Shown here in pieces: positions 1 to 9,699 of a stretch of 64,000 bases of DNA. Source of the stretch: Candidatus Latescibacterota bacterium (GTDB lineage: Bacteria > Latescibacterota > UBA2968 > UBA8231); NCBI GenBank assembly GCA_965261395.1, contig OZ253462.1, forward strand, positions 5,280,001-5,344,000, written 5' to 3'. The notes beneath the pieces are model-generated. The model ran no database searches. It was not told where the DNA came from and saw only the letters and a program-made list of their open reading frames with translations. Made by a program: the position numbers and the translations under genes. Position 1 is the stretch's first letter; each line of letters begins with the position of its first letter.

Positions 1-75
1 GAGGCATGTCCCATCGCGCAGTGCGAGTCAAAGCCGCGATTCCACAACCAAGCTGCACCGGCGACCTCAGAATCT

Positions 76-1566
76 ATGACACCTGCTGACCTTGATATCC
101 TCATTCAGCAAGGCGAAGGCACCACGCTTGAGTTCAAAGAGAGCCTCTCGTCGTCGTTCTCGCGAGAGCTCGTGGCTATGGCCAACACAGTCGGGGGCAA
201 GCTCCTGCTCGGGGTGCGCGATGACGGCACGGTGATCGGCGTCAAAGACTCCAACGCCCTGCGCGCCCGTATTCAGGACATCGCCCGCAACTGCGACCCT
301 CCGGTGAAGGTACTGGTGGAGCCAGTGGATGACGTATTAGCAGTTCATGTACGGGAAAGCGACGCCAAGCCAGTGCAGTGCAGCGAGGGCTTCTTTTGGC
401 GTCAGGGCGCGGGGACCCAAAAGCTCAGCCGCGACGAAATCCGCGATTTCTTCCGCAGCGAAGGCGTGATCCGGTTCGACCTCTCGCCCTGCCCCCGTTT
501 CAGCTACCCAGAGGACTTCGACCGCGCGAAGTACGACGCTTGGCTCAAGCTGTCCGGCATCACTGGACAACCGCCGGTTGAAGACGTGCTGGTCAACATC
601 GAGGTCGCCGAGCGAGCGGGCGACAAGCTGCTCTTCCGCAACGCGGGCGTGCTCTTCTTCGCCAAGAACGTGCGCCACTTCTTCCCGGAGGCATACATCA
701 CCTGCCTGCTGGGCAAGGGCGCGGACAAAGTGCATATCCTCGACCGACGAGACTTTGACGGCGGCATCGTAGCCGACATTGAGGACACCCTGAGCTTCAT
801 TGAGCGCAATACCCGCACGGCCTATCGCATTGAAAGCCTGCGCCGCGAGAACATCCCGGAATACCCGATGAAGGCGCTGCGCGAGGCCATCACCAACGCG
901 GTCATGCACCGCGATTGGTTTTTCGAAGGTGCCAATGTCTTCGTCGAGATCTACGCCAATCGCATTGAGGTGATAAGTCCCGGTACATTGCCAACGGGAC
1001 TGAAGTTGGCCGAACTCGGCCGCGAGAGCATCCGCCGCAATCCACTAATCGCCGATCTGCTCCACCGCATCGAATTTATCGAGAAGGCGGGCACTGGCAT
1101 TCGCCGCATTCGGGACGAGGCGCGGGAACAGGGCTGCCCAGAACCGGAATTTAAGATTCGGGGAGCCTTTTTCGTCGTTGTTTTCCGGCCGGACCCCGAG
1201 GTGCGGGCACTAGAAGATCAAGTTACCGGGGAAGTTACCACGCAAGATACCCCCCATGATACCATGCAAGTTACCCCCCATGATACCCCCCATGATACCA
1301 TACAAGTTACCCCCCATGATACCGGAATAGTGCGTCTGTTAGAGGTAATATCGAGCGAGATGAACAGAAGACAGATCCAAGAAGCCTTGGGCCTTAAGAA
1401 TACCAAACACGTCCGCAAAACCTACCTATTGCCCGCCCTGCAAGCCGGCCTGATCGAAATGACCATCCCCGACAAGCCGCGTAGCAAAAAGCAGCGTTAC
1501 CGCCTAACGACGGCGGGACGCGAATATTTGCACAAATTCAAAGGGCAGGATAATGGCGAAGACTGA
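76..1566 (+). CDS. AlbA_2 (Schlafen-like) domain + HATPase_c_4 (RecG C-terminal-like) + C-terminal wHTH protein
   Basis: N-terminal GEGTTLEFKE...ELVAMANTVGGKLLLGVRDDG; central YPMKALREAITNAVMHRDW...IEVISPG...RNPLIADL...IEKAGTGI; C-terminal YLLPALQAGLIEMTIPDKPRSKKQRYRLT. Confidence 0.9.
   Translation: MTPADLDILIQQGEGTTLEFKESLSSSFSRELVAMANTVGGKLLLGVRDDGTVIGVKDSNALRARIQDIARNCDPPVKVLVEPVDDVLAVHVRESDAKPVQCSEGFFWRQGAGTQKLSRDEIRDFFRSEGVIRFDLSPCPRFSYPEDFDRAKYDAWLKLSGITGQPPVEDVLVNIEVAERAGDKLLFRNAGVLFFAKNVRHFFPEAYITCLLGKGADKVHILDRRDFDGGIVADIEDTLSFIERNTRTAYRIESLRRENIPEYPMKALREAITNAVMHRDWFFEGANVFVEIYANRIEVISPGTLPTGLKLAELGRESIRRNPLIADLLHRIEFIEKAGTGIRRIRDEAREQGCPEPEFKIRGAFFVVVFRPDPEVRALEDQVTGEVTTQDTPHDTMQVTPHDTPHDTIQVTPHDTGIVRLLEVISSEMNRRQIQEALGLKNTKHVRKTYLLPALQAGLIEMTIPDKPRSKKQRYRLTTAGREYLHKFKGQDNGED
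1219..1326 (+). repeat. 12-bp in-frame tandem repeat, 9 units (QVTG EVTT QDTP HDTM QVTP HDTP HDTI QVTP HDTG)
   Basis: caagttaccccc/catgataccccc units read directly. Confidence 0.9.
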
Positions 1567-1591
1567 GGCTCACTACCGCGTACACCGCAGG

Positions 1592-1637
1592 CGTCTTCGC
1601 GAACACTTCTTTAAGAGCGGCTTGGCTGAACAGTGCT
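1592..1637 (+). repeat. 46-bp direct repeat, copy 1 (pairs with 3517-3562)
   Basis: cgtcttcgcgaacacttctttaagagcggcttggctgaacagtgct; 3 mismatches to copy 2. Confidence 0.92.
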
Positions 1638-1685
1638 AAGAAGCATTCTTAAAACTCACGTCGGATGTCAGGTATCGGCACATGC

Positions 1686-1721
1686 AAAAGCGCCCGATGC
1701 CGAGGAGACATCGGGCGCTTT
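1686..1721 (-). terminator. Intrinsic terminator-like hairpin downstream of the FN3/FlgD gene
   Basis: 13-bp inverted repeat aaagcgcccgatg / catcgggcgcttt between convergent genes. Confidence 0.7.
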
Positions 1722-1764
1722 GCAGGGGTCGAAGAATGGAGTAGGCGCGACCGGCCGGTCGCCC

Positions 1765-2779
1765 CTACTTGAGGTAGAGTAGGCGCTGAGTCTGCACCCC
1801 ACCCGGATAGTGCAGCCGCACCAGATACATCCCCGCCGACACCATCGCGCCGCGCCGATCGCGCGCATCCCAGCGAACCTTATAGAAGCCAGCGTCCTGG
1901 TATTGATCGACCAGGGTGCGCAGGGGTTGTCCGAGGAGGTTGTAAATCTCCAGTCGCACCGCGCCGGGCGTGGCCAAGCGGTAGGGGATGAGGGTGCGGC
2001 TGTTGAAGGGGTTGGGGAAATTGGGTGCCAAGCCGGACGACGCGGCCACCACCTTGGCCGCTGCGGCCGTCACGTTGACATAGTTGGATCGGTTGCCCAC
2101 GCCAGCAGAGTTGATGGCCTTCACCCGGTAGGCGTGCCGCACCTCCGGCGTCGCCTCCGTATCGGTGTAGCTCGTCGCCGTGCTGCCGGTGTCGGCCACG
2201 TAGATTAGCAGTTCGTCCTCGCCGAGGGATGGGCGTCGCCGCAGGATTTGGTAGCCGGTGATCGTATCGTCGTCGGGCGCGTCCCAGCTCAGGGTGATCG
2301 AGCCGTCGCTGTTGGCGACTCCCGTCAGGTTCTGCGGTGCCGGCGGCGGCTCTTGGGGCTGTTCTTCCTCCGGCTCCGCCGCTTCTTGCGCCGGGCCCAG
2401 CACTATGGCCGCAATGCTCACCGACAACGGCCGCCCGGCACCGGTGCAGATCGCGCCCGTCTCGTCGCAGGCCTGTGGTGGCGAGAGCGAGACGGACACC
2501 GCCGCGTCCGACGCCGGCTCCACGGTGATCTTCCACAGATCCCGCCGCTTGTCGACCCGCCGCGCCTTCGTCACCGCGCCGCCGCTCACCCCCACGCTGT
2601 GGTCGCGGAACGCCTCGTAGCCGATCACGATCGCCTCGCTGAAGGCGATCCGGAAGGTGAACGCGGTCTCCCCGTCGTGCGTCGCCGGCAGCCCCTCGAA
2701 CGCCGCCGTCAGCGGCTCCGCCACGCTGGCTTGGGCGCCACCGGCTCCCGAATCGCCCGACGAGTCATCCTCGTCCATC
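1765..2779 (-). pseudogene. 5'-truncated secreted protein: Ig-like + fibronectin type III + FlgD-Ig/T9SS type-A-like C-terminal domain
   Basis: FN3: PPAPQNLT...ITLSWDAP...ITGYQILRR...YRVKAINSAGVG; CTD: NFPNPFNSRTLIPYRL...LEIYNLLGQ...WDARDRRGAMVSAGMYLVRL. The ORF upstream of ~2780 is antisense to the Rpn gene and there is no signal peptide. Confidence 0.75.
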
Positions 2780-3489
2780 ACGAGTTTCAAACCACCGACA
2801 GTAGCCCGCCCATGCCGCACCGCATGGCCGGCTATATCGGGCGCGGCATTGAGCAGCACGGCCTGCCCATTTACTCCAACGTCATCTATCTGCGTCCTGA
2901 CGCCGGCCGCACCGATCCGGGGCACTATCTCCAAGAGCGGCACGGCTACCGCGTCCTAGTGCAATACAAGGTGATTCGGCTGATTGAACTAGATGGCCAA
3001 CGCATTCTCGACGCGAGGCATTCGGGCTTGCTGCCGTTTGCCCCGTTGATGCAGCGGCCGACGGGAGTGGATGCCGAGGCGTGGTTGCGCCAGTGTGTCC
3101 ACCGGGCGCAAGAGGTACCGATGGACGAGACCGTCAAGGCCAATTACTTGGCCAATCTTGCGATTTTGAGCGGATTGGTGTATAACTTAGAAACGATTAG
3201 GACCATCATCTCGGAGGAGACTATGTACGAATCGTCGGTAGTGCAGTATTTTACGGAAAAGGCCCTTGAGCAAGGCATCGAGCAAGGCATCGAGCGAGGA
3301 GGCCGAGAACGCGCCATTGAAGATCTGCTCGACGTGCTGGCGATTCGCTTTGCGCTGGCCGCGTCGGATCCGTTGGCCGCCCGCATTGGGGCCATTGACG
3401 ATTTGCAGCGCCTCAAGCAGTTGTTTCGGGCGGCTGTACAGGTGCCGAGCCTCGAAGCCTTTAGGCACCTGTTAGATGCCGCAGAGTAG
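2767..3489 (+). pseudogene. 5'-truncated Rpn/YhgA-like PD-(D/E)XK recombination-promoting nuclease / putative transposase
   Basis: HHEFQTTDS..MPHRMAGY...PIYSNVIYL...LLPFAPLM...MYESSVVQYF..EQGIEQGIERG; the N-terminal part is missing and ORF 2248-2766 is antisense to the FN3 gene. Confidence 0.8.
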
Positions 3490-3516
3490 GGGCACGGCGT
3501 AACGTCAGTAAGTAAT

Positions 3517-3562
3517 CGTCTTCGCCAACACTTCTTCAAGAGCGGCTTGGCCGAACAGTGCT
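3517..3562 (+). repeat. 46-bp direct repeat, copy 2
   Basis: cgtcttcgccaacacttcttcaagagcggcttggccgaacagtgct. Confidence 0.92.
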
Positions 3563-3584
3563 CAGGCGTCCCTCTCTCGGTTAG

Positions 3585-6500
3585 CTAAACCCCCACCCCC
3601 GTCCCCTGCGCCAACTTCTCGCCCTCAATCAAGTATTCCTCCCGCACCTCGGGCGCAATCGTCCGCCAGACCAAGAAGCGCTTGCGCAGCACGTTGAGGA
3701 AGCTGGTGTTGAGCCGCTGCCAGCTCACCACATCGCCGCTGATGCGCTGCAAGTGCATCTCGATGCGGTAAATGCCCGGAATATCGTCGGTCGGCAAGGT
3801 GCGCAGGAACACCCGCTGGCTCACTCCCAAGTCGTAGGGCGCGAGCCACACCATCAGTTCCAGCAAATAGACCGGCTGCGCGCCGCCCTGCTCCAAGTGG
3901 AAATCCACGCCCTCGGTCATAAAGTCACCCACCGATCCCTCGCCATACGACGAGAAAACACGATGCAGGTACGCGCACGAGCCCAAGGCATCGCCCTTGG
4001 CCAGCGTAAAGGGAAAGTCAAAGCGCCAGTCGTCGCCGTCGGGCGGCGGAAACTCCCAGCGCCGCGTCACGTCGGGCACGGCCATGGCCGCGGCCTTGCG
4101 CGCCGGATACAGGGTCGAGAGCACCACCACCACCATCACGATCAAGGTCGAGAAGATCGCCGACAGCGACGAGTAATTGAGAAACATCCCACCCAAAAGC
4201 GCATAGTGCGCCAGCAGCAAAGTCGTCGTCTGCCCGACCAAATAGCCCAGCACCGCGCCGACAATGGCAAACACGAGAGCCTCGGCCATGAACAGCGAGG
4301 CAATGTGACTCGGTGCCAGCCCCACCGACGAATACACCCCGATCTCACCGGAGCGCTCGTACACGGCTCCGAGCATGGTGTTGAGCACGATCAGCGAGGC
4401 GATCAACAAGGGCACGAAGAGATTGCCAATCCCCGCCAAAGACGCCGATCCCATAGACGTGTACACCCGCACGCGATCACCAGCGCCGACAAAAAGCGGC
4501 ACGGCAACCCGCGACACGAATTCCTCAACCTCAGCGAGCAAGGTCTCCCGATCGGCAAAGCCGGCGATGGCAATCGAGCGCAGCGTACCACCCAAATCGA
4601 CGACCTGCTGGTAGGGCAAGAACGCCACGTTGTTGGCCAGCAGGTGAGTAAAGGTCTCAATCGCGGCCGTATCCATTAGGCGCGGGTCCAACCCGGCCAT
4701 TTCCTCCATCTTCTTGGCCTCGGCAACCGTATCCACGGGCATTAGGCTCTCGTTGTCCAAATCGCGCAGCCGGTCGATGGCCTCGCCGTCGATTAAGCCA
4801 ATGACCCGATAGGAGCGCCCCATCAGGCCAATGTGGGCCGTGCCCACATCCTCCGGGCCAATGCCCAAGATCGCCGCCATAGCCACCGGCAGGATGCACA
4901 CGTCGCGCTCGCCATCCGCAAACCAGCGGCTCGCCGGCCCCACCAACAGCCCTTCCAGCCCCATCACCGCGCCCTCGCCGGGGGTCACCCCGAGGATGGC
5001 TGAGGCAAAGCTCTTCTTTTGCACCAGCTTGTGTTCAATGTCGATATAGGCCCGCTCGCCAATGACCTTAGACGTCACCCACGACCTCGGCAGCACGTGT
5101 GCCTGGTCGCCAAACGCGCTCTCCGCATAGTCGAGCACCGATAGCTGCAAGCCCTTCCAGCCGCGGTCGCGCAGCAGGGCACCCTCGTAGCTGGGCACAT
5201 TCGGGCGGGGAATCTGATAGAACTTGAGATAGCTCTGCACCGAGGTGAAGGCCTGGGCAGTAAAGGTCAACAGCGTCAGGGTGACAACCGTCAGCGCGGT
5301 GCGCAGCTTGCGCTTGCGGAGGTTGGAAATCCCCAGCGATGCGGCCGCGGCCGTGGCGCTGAGGCGACCGATGTCCGCTTCGTGGACGCCGGATGCGGCC
5401 CGCTTGCGCTGGCCGACGGCGCGGGTAAAGCGACCCATAATCATCAGCAGGGCCGTGCCGCCGATGGCGAAGATGACAAAGGCCAAAAAGATGATGTACG
5501 GCGACGAGCTCAGCTTGAAGGCCGGGTGGATAAAGCGCATGATGAGGAAGATCGCCAAAAAGAAAAACGCTGCGCCCGCCACTTGGCGGCGGATGTCGGC
5601 AAAGCCGAAGAACAGCCGCTCGCAGCAAAACGAAAACGGCAGCAACAGCGCGAAGTAGAAGATCACCCCATAGACCGTGTCGTCCGCGGTCGATTTGATG
5701 TCTGGGTAGCCCCGCCCTTCAAGGCCCCACGCCTTGCGCGTGGCCCGCTTGAACTCGCTGTAGCGCCGCGCCTGTAAATGCTCTTCGGCCTCCAACAGGG
5801 CCAAGCGCGCCTCTTCGTGCAGGCGCATGAACTTGTCGTTGCGCACCCCGTAGCGCGCCAACTGCTTGATCCGCACGTCGTCGAGGACCCACATGTCGCG
5901 CGCAGCCGCGTACCCGGGGCGCAACACCACGCCTTGATCCACCAGATAGCCGCGGCCGAGGGCCTGCTTTATCGTCGCCTCATCCACGTCTTCAGGGCGC
6001 ACCGGCTCGGCCACCCATTCGGCGGGCGCGCCGCTCAGCAGGTAGCGCACGCCGAAGAGGCTGGTACTCATCAGGACTTTGACTCGGGTGCCGGGTTGGG
6101 CATACACCACCGAAGCGAGCGTTACCTTGCCCTCCTCATTGCTCTGCCTTTCGACGAAGTCGGCCCCCCACGACTGCGGCACGCCGTCGCGCTCGTCGAG
6201 TACGGTCACGTGGTCCAAGACCGACAGGTAGCGCGAGTCAACGGTCTCGAACAGACTCAGCGCCCGGCACTCGAAGAGCACTTGCAGCATCTCGTTTTCC
6301 CACCAGCCCCACGGATGCACGGTCGGGTACGTCTCGTCGCCCTCTTGGCCCATGTCCGGCGCTGAGATAATCGCGCCGTAGGGATCGAGTTCGTACGCGC
6401 GGATCGCATTGTCTAGCTTGTTGCGCATGATGTCAAAGTGGAAGCGACCCGCGTCGTCGGCTTCTTGTGCGATCAAGGTGCGGACCCCGCCGACCGAGTT

Positions 6501-8186
6501 CGGGCCGAGTTGTTGATAGGTCACCAACGCCTGCGGCACCGGCTTCTTGGGCACGGCAAAATTGACGTCGCGGTCGAACCAATAGATCGCGCCCGCCAAG
6601 CTGTGGCCGTAGTCTTCCAGCTCCAACTTGGTCGGCTTGAGCAGCTCGGCGTCGCGGCCAGCCCACGCCAACATGGCCGCCAGCGTCTGGATCTGCCGCG
6701 TGAGGTTTTGCATGTCCACGGCTTCCGGCAGGTCGAGCGGCGTGTCGACCCGCTCGCGCGCATCGTTGGCCGTAGCCAGAGCGAGGGCCTTTTGACCGAC
6801 AAAGGCCGCGGCCTCGCTGGCAAAGGCGAGCGGGATGGACATGAAGTTTTTCCACGTGCGCTTAGGCGGGGCAATGCCCTCGTAGTGGCGCGTGGTGTCG
6901 CCAAAGGTCTCTTCGACCGCGAGGCTTAACCGCTTGGAATAGGGCGTCAACATGTATTTGATGTAGTTGTCGGTGCGCCACTTGGGATTGTAGAAGGTGC
7001 CCATCCCAAAGCTGGCCGTGCGATCGGCGTGGCTCGACAGATCCAGCGATAGCATCAGGTCGAAGTCGATGCGCTCGGCCGGGTTCATGCGCTCGCGGAA
7101 ATAGTCGCTGCGGCGGCTGTGCCGATAGAGGAAATCATTGATCCCGGACAGGCCCTCAAAGTGCCCGGAGGTCGCTAAAAATAGCACCGAGTAGTGAGGG
7201 CGATGTTCTTTGAACAGCTCCACTAGCTGGAGCAGGGCGACGATCCCGGCCGCGTTTTCCGCTCCGGGGGCGAGGGCCGGCACGACCGAGATGGCGTCGT
7301 AATAGGCTTGGATGACGATGGTTTGGTCCTGCCACGCCTGTGGCTGTTCTCGGCTCTTGGCAGGCAGCATCTCTGGCGACCCAGGCAGGTAGCCATACAC
7401 ATTGTGCGCTTCCACGCCTTCCCAATCCATCCGTGCATTTAAGTGGACAGCGACCGGCCCGTCTTGCAGGCGCGCCAGCAGGTCGAGCGCGTCTTGCCGC
7501 TCGAGCCAAAATCGCGGAATGTCAACCGGCACCTTGAGGAACTTGTCGGCGGCTTGCTCGCGGTTGACGCCGCCATTGTCGAAGAAGACGATGGCCTTGG
7601 CCCCCAGCGATGCGGCGTGGAGGTAATTTTGACCGCTGGCAAAGTCCAAGAGCACGACGCTGCCCTGCACGGGCTGACCGTCCAGCGCTTTGAGTCTCCC
7701 TTGACCTCCGTAGATCAGGGGGCCGCGCACGCCGTCCGGCCCCAGCGAGGACGTGCGCACGCCATTGGGCCACAAGCTATAGAGCCGCTTGCTGTCACCG
7801 CCTTGCACCACCAGTTCGCCGCCGCGATCTATGGGCACGGCCACTTCAAATGCCTCGCTCTGCACGTCCTCCAGCCCCAGCGCCTCAAACCGCTGGCGCA
7901 CGTAGTCGCGGGCCTGCCGCTCTCCTGCATAGCCCGGCACCCGCGAGCCGAAGGCAGCAAAGCGCGCGATCTCAGCGGCAATGTCCGCCTCGTCAATGCC
8001 GGCGGCCAAGGCGCGAAGCTGGGCGGCTTGCGCAGGATCCACCATCCGCGCTTCTACGGGCGGGTTGGGTGCCCAGCCGAAGAAGTCGTTTACCGCGCGA
8101 TTGATTGCGCCCGGATCGCCGAAACCGACGACCACAATCATAGCAGCGGCGAATAGCAAGAAAAACGCATTGAGTAGTTTGGCCAT
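3585..8186 (-). CDS. Large membrane protein: PA + degenerate M28 peptidase-like domain fused to FtsX/MacB-like permease
   Basis: N-terminal TM (MAKLLNAFFLLFAAAM, preferred start 8186); SRVPGYAGERQARDY; AYYDAISVVPALAPGAENAAG; multi-TM segments; LGISNLRKRKLRTALT; VYERSGEIGVYSSVGLAPSHIASLFMAEA. Confidence 0.85.
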   Translation of the reverse strand: MAKLLNAFFLLFAAAMIVVVGFGDPGAINRAVNDFFGWAPNPPVEARMVDPAQAAQLRALAAGIDEADIAAEIARFAAFGSRVPGYAGERQARDYVRQRFEALGLEDVQSEAFEVAVPIDRGGELVVQGGDSKRLYSLWPNGVRTSSLGPDGVRGPLIYGGQGRLKALDGQPVQGSVVLLDFASGQNYLHAASLGAKAIVFFDNGGVNREQAADKFLKVPVDIPRFWLERQDALDLLARLQDGPVAVHLNARMDWEGVEAHNVYGYLPGSPEMLPAKSREQPQAWQDQTIVIQAYYDAISVVPALAPGAENAAGIVALLQLVELFKEHRPHYSVLFLATSGHFEGLSGINDFLYRHSRRSDYFRERMNPAERIDFDLMLSLDLSSHADRTASFGMGTFYNPKWRTDNYIKYMLTPYSKRLSLAVEETFGDTTRHYEGIAPPKRTWKNFMSIPLAFASEAAAFVGQKALALATANDARERVDTPLDLPEAVDMQNLTRQIQTLAAMLAWAGRDAELLKPTKLELEDYGHSLAGAIYWFDRDVNFAVPKKPVPQALVTYQQLGPNSVGGVRTLIAQEADDAGRFHFDIMRNKLDNAIRAYELDPYGAIISAPDMGQEGDETYPTVHPWGWWENEMLQVLFECRALSLFETVDSRYLSVLDHVTVLDERDGVPQSWGADFVERQSNEEGKVTLASVVYAQPGTRVKVLMSTSLFGVRYLLSGAPAEWVAEPVRPEDVDEATIKQALGRGYLVDQGVVLRPGYAAARDMWVLDDVRIKQLARYGVRNDKFMRLHEEARLALLEAEEHLQARRYSEFKRATRKAWGLEGRGYPDIKSTADDTVYGVIFYFALLLPFSFCCERLFFGFADIRRQVAGAAFFFLAIFLIMRFIHPAFKLSSSPYIIFLAFVIFAIGGTALLMIMGRFTRAVGQRKRAASGVHEADIGRLSATAAAASLGISNLRKRKLRTALTVVTLTLLTFTAQAFTSVQSYLKFYQIPRPNVPSYEGALLRDRGWKGLQLSVLDYAESAFGDQAHVLPRSWVTSKVIGERAYIDIEHKLVQKKSFASAILGVTPGEGAVMGLEGLLVGPASRWFADGERDVCILPVAMAAILGIGPEDVGTAHIGLMGRSYRVIGLIDGEAIDRLRDLDNESLMPVDTVAEAKKMEEMAGLDPRLMDTAAIETFTHLLANNVAFLPYQQVVDLGGTLRSIAIAGFADRETLLAEVEEFVSRVAVPLFVGAGDRVRVYTSMGSASLAGIGNLFVPLLIASLIVLNTMLGAVYERSGEIGVYSSVGLAPSHIASLFMAEALVFAIVGAVLGYLVGQTTTLLLAHYALLGGMFLNYSSLSAIFSTLIVMVVVVLSTLYPARKAAAMAVPDVTRRWEFPPPDGDDWRFDFPFTLAKGDALGSCAYLHRVFSSYGEGSVGDFMTEGVDFHLEQGGAQPVYLLELMVWLAPYDLGVSQRVFLRTLPTDDIPGIYRIEMHLQRISGDVVSWQRLNTSFLNVLRKRFLVWRTIAPEVREEYLIEGEKLAQGTGVGV

Positions 8187-8353
8187 GAAATTCGCTTTGT
8201 CTGTAGAATGGGACGAGCGGCTGTCAAGATATGGCATCGACGGGGGAGGTTCAAGCGCGAAAGGAGATCAGTCGGTCCCCAAGTCTCAACACCGTACCAG
8301 AATAAGCGGAAAGAGCGTCTTTCCCAACGATTACTTCTCACGGCTTGATTTGC

Positions 8354-8382
8354 TTGACATGGCTAAACATGGGAAGTAAAAT
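8354..8382 (+). promoter_or_regulatory. sigma70-type promoter for the 8457-9538 cassette
   Basis: TTGACA-17 nt-TAAAAT. Confidence 0.7.
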
Positions 8383-8456
8383 GTGAGAAAGTCGCTACGG
8401 GATCGTTAGCTAAGAATCTATTTGAGAGCTTCTCAAGAGATTGTAGCCAGTCATAC

Positions 8457-8939
8457 ATGGAGGTTCATACTGTGGAAACTCATACAATAAGACGCGTCGA
8501 TATTGCAGTGTACAGTCCAGATAGGAAACTCCAACTTGTCGTCGAAATCAAAAATAAACTTGGTGCATCCGCTGAGTGGGTCACCCGTATGCGTCACAAT
8601 TTATTGGTTCATTCGTTCATACCGCATGTGCCTTACTTCTTCCTCGTGCTCCCTGACTTTTTCTATCTGTGGACAGACACCACGCCTATGAATAATCTGG
8701 CAAAACCTGACTATAAAATAGAGGCCGCGAAAATACTGGCACCATATCTTAAGCCAACCCGCTCTCTTAACAACCTAAGTGGGTATGGACTCGAACTGCT
8801 TACGATTTCGTGGCTGGAAGATATGGTTCGTACAGATTTGCAACAAAACTCAGTTAACCCAAATCTCCAATGGCTCTTTGACTCAGGTTTATACGAAGCG
8901 ATTGCACACGGTTCTGTTGCGATCGAAGATACGGTATGA
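8457..8939 (+). CDS. Hypothetical protein with PD-(D/E)XK nuclease-like motif
   Basis: RVDIAVYSPDRKLQLVVEIKNK (D...ExK); low GC; ATGA overlap with next gene. Confidence 0.7.
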   Translation: MEVHTVETHTIRRVDIAVYSPDRKLQLVVEIKNKLGASAEWVTRMRHNLLVHSFIPHVPYFFLVLPDFFYLWTDTTPMNNLAKPDYKIEAAKILAPYLKPTRSLNNLSGYGLELLTISWLEDMVRTDLQQNSVNPNLQWLFDSGLYEAIAHGSVAIEDTV

Positions 8940-9538
8940 TTGTGTATGTAGAATCAAATTTTGTCCTTGAACTTGCTTTTCTTCAAGAAGAACATGAAAG
9001 TTGCCTGGAACTCTTGAGCCTATCAGAGTCAGGAGATATTTGCTTGGTGTTACCCGCCTTCAGTATTGGAGAGCCGTATGAAGCGTGGGTGCGTCGCTCA
9101 AAGCAAAGACGAGGACTGCATGAACAACTCATTACGGCTATTCATGAACTCTCTCGTTCGAGACCATACCAAGGATCATCGGATGAGTTTCAGGAGCTCA
9201 CGGATTTGTTGCTCAGAAGTGATGAAGAAGAGAAACGCCGACTCGATGATACTCTGCAAAGAATATTGCAGACGGTTGGAGTGATACCCATAGGTTTAAG
9301 CATCATCAGAGCCGCGATAACATTCCAAGAGAGTCGCAGTCTTTCGCCGCAAGATTCGATAGTCTATGCATCGATTCTCGACCACCTGACTACAGCATCC
9401 GAGGAGCTTCGCTGTTTCATTACCAAGAACTCCAAAGATTTTGCGAATCCGGATATTGAAAACGAACTGACGACGCACCATTGCCAATTTCTGACAAAGT
9501 TCGCTGATGGCTTGGGGTATATCCGTAGTCAGTTGTAG
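8936..9538 (+). CDS. PIN domain protein (DUF4935-like)
   Basis: MIVYVESNFVLE (variant of the hhDTN motif), LSPQDSIVYASIL, FITKNSKDF. Confidence 0.85.
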   Translation: MIVYVESNFVLELAFLQEEHESCLELLSLSESGDICLVLPAFSIGEPYEAWVRRSKQRRGLHEQLITAIHELSRSRPYQGSSDEFQELTDLLLRSDEEEKRRLDDTLQRILQTVGVIPIGLSIIRAAITFQESRSLSPQDSIVYASILDHLTTASEELRCFITKNSKDFANPDIENELTTHHCQFLTKFADGLGYIRSQL

Positions 9539-9603
9539 ATGAGTACGCGCGCTTGGAACCTGACTATAAGGAAGGCGACGAGCAGACGAAGAAAGAGTCC
9601 ACT

Positions 9604-9629
9604 AGCCCAATAAGGCCGGTGGGCTTTTT
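9604..9629 (+). terminator. Possible intrinsic terminator after PIN cassette
   Basis: agccca...tgggct stem followed by T-tract. Confidence 0.45.
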
Positions 9630-9699
9630 GCATGAGAGTTACTGAATAGCGTTAAAACGACAAAGCATGGCGAATTCACTAGCTGTCGTCATACGCCAC

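Noticed and set aside
2248-2766. N-terminal ~170 aa of the 413-aa plus-strand ORF
   Set aside because: Arg-rich antisense shadow of the FN3 gene; Rpn similarity begins only near 2767
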